Positions 6,584 to 11,569 of a stretch of 11,569 bases of DNA are shown here, in pieces. The notes beneath the pieces were generated by a model, which searched no databases, was not told the origin of the DNA, and was given only the letters and a program-made list of their open reading frames with translations. A program made the position numbers and the translations under genes. The stretch is from IMG/VR virus record IMGVR_UViG_2671180283_000020; one strand, given 5' to 3'. The DNA comes from a virus. Its lineage: Duplodnaviria; Heunggongvirae; Uroviricota; Caudoviricetes. Within the stretch, counting starts at the first letter, position 1. Each line of letters begins with the position of its first letter.

Positions 6584-6975
6584 ATTAAAGAGCATTAGTT
6601 CAGATGTGAATTGACATTGTGTGGCACAGGGTTGGGCTAGCGTGGGGGTTTGCTTTGTGTAAGAAACGGATGCTCTGCAAATTACTACTAATGCTTAATG
6701 TTAGTCTGATCTGCTCCCCGATGATTAATACACCGCTATGTTAGTAATGTCTGTAGATCGCTGTGTGTTGCATCCATCGGTTGACCCCACAGTCCAAACC
6801 AGACTGTCAGCTTTGATTCGATTCTATCTACTCAACCTGTCAGGTAATGTCTGAGCTAATACACAGAGTACGGCTATCGCGAACTTTAAGCTAGGTATCT
6901 GATACGCACCGTTCACTTGTTTGTACTTCTTGCACTGACTAGCTATCGTGCGCAGTTATTTATAGGTAATCTCCA

Positions 6976-6984
6976 GTGTATAAT
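6976..6984 (+). promoter_or_regulatory. Candidate -10 element (TATAAT at 6979..6984 with TG immediately upstream) for the 281-aa gene
   Basis: gtgTATAAT about 38 nt upstream of the ATG at 7023, followed by AGGAGG Shine-Dalgarno 6 nt before the ATG. No good -35 hexamer found. Confidence 0.4.
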
Positions 6985-7022
6985 TTTCCAACTTATGGGA
7001 GATTGTAAAACAGGAGGAATAT

Positions 7023-7868
7023 ATGAGGAAAAAATCGTTTGGACGTTGCCCGTTTGATTTCGACGAAGATGTAAAAAAAATAGCCGCGATAAATAAATAT
7101 ATCCATGCGAAATTTGAGAGGCATAAAAATAAAATAGATAACCTAAAGGGGGTGGAACAAAAATTGATGGTTTTACATTACTTTAATGTACTGAATGAAC
7201 TTAGTAATCAGGCTATATTTTCTTTGAGTACCGGAGCCTTTTCAGCATCGGAAGTATTAACTAGAGTTATAATGGAACAGGCTGCCAATCAATTTTATAT
7301 AGCAATTGATGATGGAAAAAATGCACAAGCATTACTCAAGGGTAGTAAGAAATTAGTTCATAGTAATGGGAAACGGTGGCTGGAGTGTTTAAAATCCAAA
7401 GAAATGACTAATCCAGCAGCAGATGAAAGGATTCGTATCGGAAAAGAGCTAACTGATATGTTTAATAGATTGTGGCCAAATACACCTGAATATCCTGGAA
7501 CCAAAAAGCTTTTCGAAGTAATTGGCTGGGAAACACACTATCATGCCTATTACGTCCCTCTTTGTGATTCAATACATACATTCTCTGATGATATGGCAAA
7601 TATAGTATCTCTATATAATGCAATCCAAAGCGATAAAACTACTGCTATCGAACTCACTCTTGCAGTTAAACAAGAAAATAAACGGCTGGCAATTTATAAT
7701 GTCGTAATTGCTATTGGCCTGCGGTGTGAGGCCTTAGTAAATGTATTTAACTCTTTAGGTTATCGAGATATTATAACTGAAATGGCGCCAACAATAGATG
7801 CAGTCAACCAGATTATAATTCGATATGATGATTTCGAACATTCCAGAATTTTTATTGTCAATAATTAA
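7023..7868 (+). CDS. Orphan hypothetical protein (281 aa), AT-rich, predicted largely alpha-helical; candidate defence/abortive-infection cargo gene of unknown family
   Basis: Long ORF in AT-rich DNA with a near-consensus AGGAGG Shine-Dalgarno. No Walker, HNH, HEPN or other motif recognised by eye. Located between the prophage replication module and a decayed integrase plus the Septu operon. Confidence 0.75.
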   Translation: MRKKSFGRCPFDFDEDVKKIAAINKYIHAKFERHKNKIDNLKGVEQKLMVLHYFNVLNELSNQAIFSLSTGAFSASEVLTRVIMEQAANQFYIAIDDGKNAQALLKGSKKLVHSNGKRWLECLKSKEMTNPAADERIRIGKELTDMFNRLWPNTPEYPGTKKLFEVIGWETHYHAYYVPLCDSIHTFSDDMANIVSLYNAIQSDKTTAIELTLAVKQENKRLAIYNVVIAIGLRCEALVNVFNSLGYRDIITEMAPTIDAVNQIIIRYDDFEHSRIFIVNN

Positions 7869-7936
7869 TTGGCAGAATTCGTACATGCACAACAACTAGT
7901 TATAGTTGACCTATTTCGCTCTTGAGAGACAACCAT

Positions 7937-7969
7937 ACTCAAATCTTCCACATTGCAGGAGATTTGAGT
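7937..7969 (+). other. Perfect 10-bp inverted repeat ACTCAAATCT / AGATTTGAGT with a 13-nt loop, immediately upstream of the integrase-remnant ATG
   Basis: Read directly from sequence. The loop/right arm contains GGAG (7957..7960), the Shine-Dalgarno for the ATG at 7970. No U-tract follows, so not a classical terminator. Confidence 0.5.
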
Positions 7970-8490
7970 ATGAATACGTCACCGAGGAACAAAGACAGTA
8001 TCATAGGCCCAAAAAGACCACTTCAGATATCTCATATCTGGGGGCTCCAAATCCGGCTTGAACTGGAAGGTAAAACGCGTGATTTAGCTCGGTTTCAAGC
8101 AGAGCTACGGTGCTGCAACTGAAAAACTGGCAGTCCTATCCAATTTGAGATAACCAAAGGGACAAGAGAAGCTGTTTCTGCATTGATAAAGCTTGGCAAT
8201 TTACGCAGTAAAGACTACTTGTTCCGATCTCGGGTCGGTACTAACCAACACATATCAATCCTGCAATATAACCGAATCTTTCATAGGGGGGAGAAAAGCT
8301 TGGTCTCGAAGATTCGCTTTACAGCACACATTCCATGAGAAGAACAAAACCTTGCCTTGTCTGCAAGAAAACTAAGAATCTCCGGGTGATCCAACTTCCG
8401 TTGGGCCATAAGAAAACGGAAAGCACAGTTCGTTATCTGGGTATAGAAGTTGATGATGCATTAGAGATCTCTGAATCGATCGAAGTCTAA
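7970..8490 (+). pseudogene. Decayed small tyrosine recombinase (integrase catalytic-domain family): in-frame TGA at 8120..8122 and a frame change near 8336
   Basis: Three consecutive segments translate to MNTSPRNKDSIIGPKRPLQISHIWGLQIRLELEGKTRDLARFQAELRCCN* / KTGSPIQFEITKGTREAVSALIKLGNLRSKDYLFRSRVGTNQHISILQYNRIFHRGEKSLVSKIRFTAHIP* / RRTKPCLVCKKTKNLRVIQLPLGHKKTESTVRYLGIEVDDALEISESIEV*. These carry recombinase hallmarks (TRDLA Arg, H-x-x-RRTK, LGH, VRY tyrosine). The last two segments lack any Met, so they are absent from the ORF track. Confidence 0.65.
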
Positions 8491-8902
8491 AGCTGTCAGG
8501 GCTGCAGCAGCAGCCCTGTGCCAAGAGCGTACCAATATATGTCTCAAAAAATTGGGCACAGGTCAATATCAATACCAACAACTCTGATTGTGCTCATGTG
8601 ATTTACTCCTGTAGAAAACGCAGACAGTAAAAATATTTCACTGGCTGCTTCAGACAGGGCGTCCATCATATCATTACATAACAATAGCGGGGCACGATAT
8701 CTAGACATGCAGCAACGATGGACATAGAATGAGTACAATCAAAAGCATGTTTAACTACTTTAATTTAAAAATCTTAGAATCTTAGGTGTAGAGTTCAATA
8801 CTTAGTTACATACCCTTTTGAAAGCATCACAAATCATAACTATGAGCCTGTTAAAGGCATAGGTATTCTTAATTAAGAGCATTTTAATGAGAGAAAAATA
8901 AA

Positions 8903-10276
8903 ATGAAAAGACTATATTATACCCATCATGATAGTCGAACCTTAAAACTTGCTATAGAAGGTGATGTTTCTGATAATGCGAATATTTTTACAGTAATTGT
9001 AGGTAAAAATGGCGTTGGAAAAAGCAGATTGTTATCTCAGATTGCTAAAGACTGTATTCAAGATGTTCATTTCTTGAAAACTTTTAATCCATTATTTGAC
9101 AGAGAAATAACACCAAAGTTAATTGCCGTATCTACCAGCCCATTCGATAAATTCCCTCCAGGGCGTAGGTCATTAAATCACCAAAGGAAAGAAAATAATT
9201 ATCGCTATGTGGGTATGCGTGGAGAAGGCCCCTTCGGCGTATCAAATGCCGTATCCCTTTTATCTTCAGCAGCGAGAGGTTGGCTAGAGAAACTTGCTTA
9301 TTCAGAAAATCCTGCAAATTTACTCGATGTTTTTCATTCTATTGATTTTGAGCCCCATATAGAGTTTGTATTTAAACCAACTTACAACGGACCGGACACT
9401 CCTGACTATAACTTCATTGGTGTATATTCAGATGAGATATTAACGGAAGTTAAGGAGTTATATTTAAAATACAATATAAAAATTGACAGGAAGAATATTG
9501 AGAGTCTCTTAAAGTTAAACTCCGAATCACGTCATGATATTTACGAAGCACTGGTTGAAATTAATCGATTTGAACCTGAACGTAGGGCTGTAACCTTGTC
9601 AGTCGATTTTACCAATGGTGAAACATTGGTTGGCTCGACTTATGCGAATAATTATTTTTCTAGATCAATTCTTAAACTTATGAACGCTGGCTTCATGAGA
9701 TTGATGGATATGCGACTCATAAAAAAAAGCTATGGTCCCATGTCACTTAAACGTGCGAGCTCGGGAGAACAATGTTTATTAGTGATGTTGCTTGGAATTG
9801 CAGGGCATATAACTGATGGTTCTATAATATTAATTGATGAACCGGAAATAAGCTTGCATCCTCGATGGCAGGAAGAGTTTATCATTATGTTAACAAAAGC
9901 ATTTTTAACTTACTCAGGTTGTCAATTCATAATTGCAACTCATTCACCACAAATAATATCCAATTTGCCGAATAAAGGTTGTTATATAACATCTTTGTCG
10001 AAAAGTTATCTTTATAAAGCAAAATACTTTAGCAACCGGTCTGCAGACTATCAACTTGCGGAACTATTTGATGCCCCTGGCATTATGAATGAATACATTG
10101 CCAGGTTAGCTTTCAATTTACTTTCAAAAGTTAAGACTGCTAAGTTAGTAACAGATGATAATTGGCGTGAATTAAAACAACTCCAACTTCTCCTTGAAAA
10201 CGTTAATAGTAATGACCCTATTAATGAACTCGTAAATTCCGTATCTCAGGTGTGTGAAATTTATGCCAAAAATTAA
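8903..10276 (+). CDS. ptuA: Septu-like PtuA: ABC/OLD-type (AAA_15/AAA_21-like) ATPase, 457 aa
   Basis: Walker A VIVGKNGVGKSRLL near the N-terminus, ABC-signature-like SSGEQ, Walker B IILIDEPEISLHP, H-loop IIATHSP. AT-rich gene that overlaps the downstream HNH gene. Confidence 0.8.
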   Translation: MKRLYYTHHDSRTLKLAIEGDVSDNANIFTVIVGKNGVGKSRLLSQIAKDCIQDVHFLKTFNPLFDREITPKLIAVSTSPFDKFPPGRRSLNHQRKENNYRYVGMRGEGPFGVSNAVSLLSSAARGWLEKLAYSENPANLLDVFHSIDFEPHIEFVFKPTYNGPDTPDYNFIGVYSDEILTEVKELYLKYNIKIDRKNIESLLKLNSESRHDIYEALVEINRFEPERRAVTLSVDFTNGETLVGSTYANNYFSRSILKLMNAGFMRLMDMRLIKKSYGPMSLKRASSGEQCLLVMLLGIAGHITDGSIILIDEPEISLHPRWQEEFIIMLTKAFLTYSGCQFIIATHSPQIISNLPNKGCYITSLSKSYLYKAKYFSNRSADYQLAELFDAPGIMNEYIARLAFNLLSKVKTAKLVTDDNWRELKQLQLLLENVNSNDPINELVNSVSQVCEIYAKN

Positions 10277-10898
10277 AAATCCAATTAGATTCAGCGCAGA
10301 GTCATTAGATATTATTGAGAAAAAATTGTCTTCTCCAGATTTTAAGCATACCAACTGGGGAGATGATGATTTGCAAGTTCTCCGTGCAGAAATTAGAAAT
10401 CATTACAGAGAAGAACAAAAGCTAGAATGTGTATATTGTCATGAGCCTATTGGGGTAAGAGCTGCACAAGCTGCTCCTATAGAGCATATTGTGCCAAAAT
10501 CTCAATATCTATGTTTTATTTTTGAACCTAAGAATCTATGTGTAGTATGTCCTGACTGCAATGAATTCAAAGGTAAAAATGAAGTGTTATTTGAACCCGT
10601 AATAAATGGGGGGCGGCGCAAAAACTATCCAACTGCATCTGCATCATTTCGCATCGTTCATCCACATATAGATGATTATGAGATGCATATTATAAAAGCA
10701 AATCGTGTTTATGTGGACAAAACACCTAAAGGGCACTATACCATTGGAATATGTAAACTAAATAGATTTTTTCATTATTTTGGGATGTGTGATGAATTTG
10801 TTAATGATGCAAAAATTGCTGAGGCAAATGAAAATTTTTTCAAAAAAGGTAGTATTACTACTAATGAATTATTGGATGATGACATTCATTTGATTTAA
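10263..10898 (+). CDS. ptuB: Septu-like PtuB: HNH endonuclease, 211 aa from the ATG at 10263 (214 aa if the GTG at 10254 is used)
   Basis: HNH-type motif CVYCHEP...APIEHIVPKSQ...CVVCPDCNEFKGKN...VHPHID (Cys pairs plus His/Asn/His). Overlaps the ptuA 3' end by 14-23 nt, implying one operon. Confidence 0.8.
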   Translation: MPKIKNPIRFSAESLDIIEKKLSSPDFKHTNWGDDDLQVLRAEIRNHYREEQKLECVYCHEPIGVRAAQAAPIEHIVPKSQYLCFIFEPKNLCVVCPDCNEFKGKNEVLFEPVINGGRRKNYPTASASFRIVHPHIDDYEMHIIKANRVYVDKTPKGHYTIGICKLNRFFHYFGMCDEFVNDAKIAEANENFFKKGSITTNELLDDDIHLI

Positions 10899-11007
10899 CT
10901 ATGAATTATTATATTGTAAAGTAATCAGGTAAGATATGTTAGACAGTGAGACTATTGCCTTACAGAATTCATTATTCTTATGGATCGCCTTTCTGACTGA
11001 TTTCATA

Positions 11008-11036
11008 TTGGCGGGGTAACGGGAGTTAAGTAGAAT
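11008..11036 (+). promoter_or_regulatory. Candidate hok mRNA promoter (-35 TTGGCG 11008..11013, 17-bp spacer, -10 TAGAAT 11031..11036)
   Basis: Hexamers read directly. The downstream leader (GCTTGAGGCTATCTGTCTCA...GGCAGATAGAGAAAAGCCCC) resembles the 5' region of plasmid R1 hok mRNA as I recall it. Confidence 0.45.
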
Positions 11037-11094
11037 GGCTGCGGGTGCTTGAGGCTATCTGTCTCAGGCATGAACACCAAAGGCAGATAGAGAA

Positions 11095-11165
11095 AAGCCC
11101 CAGTTAACATTACGCGTCCTGCAAGACGCTTAACATTAATCTGAGGCCAATTTCATGCTAGACAC
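11095..11165 (-). ncRNA. sok: Putative Sok-like antisense RNA (boundaries approximate)
   Basis: Inferred from the minus-strand promoter at 11170..11198 and from the hok/sok paradigm, where Sok is antisense to the mok translation-initiation region. Neither end is clearly defined by a terminator in the sequence. Confidence 0.3.
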
Positions 11166-11169
11166 ATGT

Positions 11170-11198
11170 AGGTTAGCCTCTTACGTGCCGGAAGGCAA
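11170..11198 (-). promoter_or_regulatory. Candidate sok promoter on the minus strand (-35 TTGCCT, 17-bp spacer, -10 TAACCT)
   Basis: Reverse complement of 11193..11198 is TTGCCT and of 11170..11175 is TAACCT. It sits between the upstream ATG at 11155 and the hok ATG, the arrangement I recall for the R1 sok promoter (TTGCGC / TATCCT). Confidence 0.45.
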
Positions 11199-11211
11199 GG
11201 AGAAGCAGGCT

Positions 11212-11367
11212 ATGAAGCAGCAAAAGGCGATGTTAATCGCCCTGATCGTCATCTGTTTAACCGTCATAGTGACGACACTGGTAACGAGGAAAGACCTCTG
11301 CGAGGTACGAATCCGAACCGGCCAGACGGAGGTCGCTGTCTTCACAGCTTACGAACCTGAGGAGTAA
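11212..11367 (+). CDS. hokD: Hok/Gef-family type I toxin (51 aa), HokD/RelF-like
   Basis: MKQQKAMLIALIVICLTVIVTTLVTRKDLCEVRIRTGQTEVAVFTAYEPEE with AAGGAG Shine-Dalgarno 9 nt upstream. Near-identical to recalled HokD (RelF). The track ORF 11155..11367 is an in-frame upstream extension from the mok-equivalent ATG. Confidence 0.85.
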   Translation: MKQQKAMLIALIVICLTVIVTTLVTRKDLCEVRIRTGQTEVAVFTAYEPEE

Positions 11368-11435
11368 GAGACCCGGCGAGGGAGAAATCCCTCGCCACCT
11401 CTGATGTGGCAGGCATCCTCAACGCACCCGCACTT

Positions 11436-11465
11436 AACCCGCTTCGGCGGGTTTTTGTTTTTATT
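11436..11465 (+). terminator. Rho-independent terminator at the hok mRNA 3' end
   Basis: AACCCGC-TTCG-GCGGGTT stem-loop followed by TTTGTTTTTATTTT. A further hairpin GGCGAGGG-agaaat-CCCTCGCC lies at 11375..11396. Confidence 0.6.
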
Positions 11466-11569
11466 TTCAACGCGTTTGAAGTTCTGGACGGCGCCGGAAT
11501 AGAATCAAAAATACTTAAGTAGCGCGCAGGGATAAGAGGGATGGTCCCTTAAAGGGGAGAGCTAATTAT

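Noticed and set aside
4066-6595. Minus-strand and alternative-frame ORFs across the replication module (4066..4395, 4435..4725, 4619..5083, 4816..5022, 5150..5374, 5337..5612, 5695..6048, 5732..6142, 5745..5987, 6045..6515 +, 6149..6358, 6395..6595)
   Set aside because: All overlap well-supported plus-strand genes, lack ribosome-binding sites, and have biased low-complexity translations typical of shadow ORFs.
7922-8738. ORFs 7922..8122 (+, as called from the upstream ATG), 8193..8375 (+), 8372..8581 (-), 8544..8738 (-)
   Set aside because: The region is better explained as a decayed tyrosine recombinase read across a stop and a frameshift. These ORFs are out of frame or antisense, or in the first case carry a spurious N-terminal extension.
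8490-8902. Possible retron msr/msd ncRNA or reverse transcriptase upstream of the Septu genes
   Set aside because: No RT-sized ORF exists between the recombinase remnant and ptuA, and no convincing long inverted repeats typical of msr/msd. Interpreted as a standalone Septu.
9132-10354. Minus-strand ORFs 9132..9317 and 10172..10354
   Set aside because: Antisense within ptuA and the ptuA/ptuB junction.
11155-11211. 70-aa ORF as an N-terminally extended Hok
   Set aside because: The conserved toxin starts at the ATG at 11212 with its own AAGGAG Shine-Dalgarno. The upstream ATG matches the mok start position of hok/sok loci and is treated as a regulatory reading frame, not part of the toxin.
1-11569. 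CRISPR arrays, tRNA or rRNA genes
   Set aside because: No regularly spaced direct repeats with unique spacers and no tRNA-like cloverleaf or rRNA-like conserved segments were seen anywhere in the window.

Overview
This window reads as a Qin/dicBF-type lambdoid prophage segment of an enterobacterial (E. coli-like) genome, carrying an AT-rich accessory island that includes a Septu-like (PtuA ATPase + PtuB HNH nuclease) defence operon. Identifications rest on reading the translations and on recalled family signatures; no database search was run. Left to right: (1) a partial IS3-family element (IS629/IS1203-like orfA plus the N-terminal part of orfB) whose terminus at about 733 truncates a ydfE-position prophage gene; (2) the division-inhibition module on the minus strand (ydfD, dicB, the 53-nt DicF sRNA, a 125-aa ORF, ydfA-like); (3) the immunity region (dicA-like repressor, divergent dicC/Cro-like gene, repeated operator-like motif TGAGAAAACTCAA); (4) a replication module (YdaT-like, O-like initiator with iteron-like repeats in its linker, lambda-P-like loader); (5) a small winged-helix-like gene split by a frameshift; (6) the AT-rich island at about 6584-11000: an ORF-free spacer, an orphan 281-aa gene of unknown function with strong expression signals, a decayed tyrosine recombinase gene invisible to the ORF track, and the ptuA/ptuB operon; (7) an apparently complete hok/sok-type type I toxin-antitoxin locus. 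The orphan 281-aa gene is the best candidate for something undescribed; the Septu pair belongs to a known family. No CRISPR array, tRNA or rRNA was seen.
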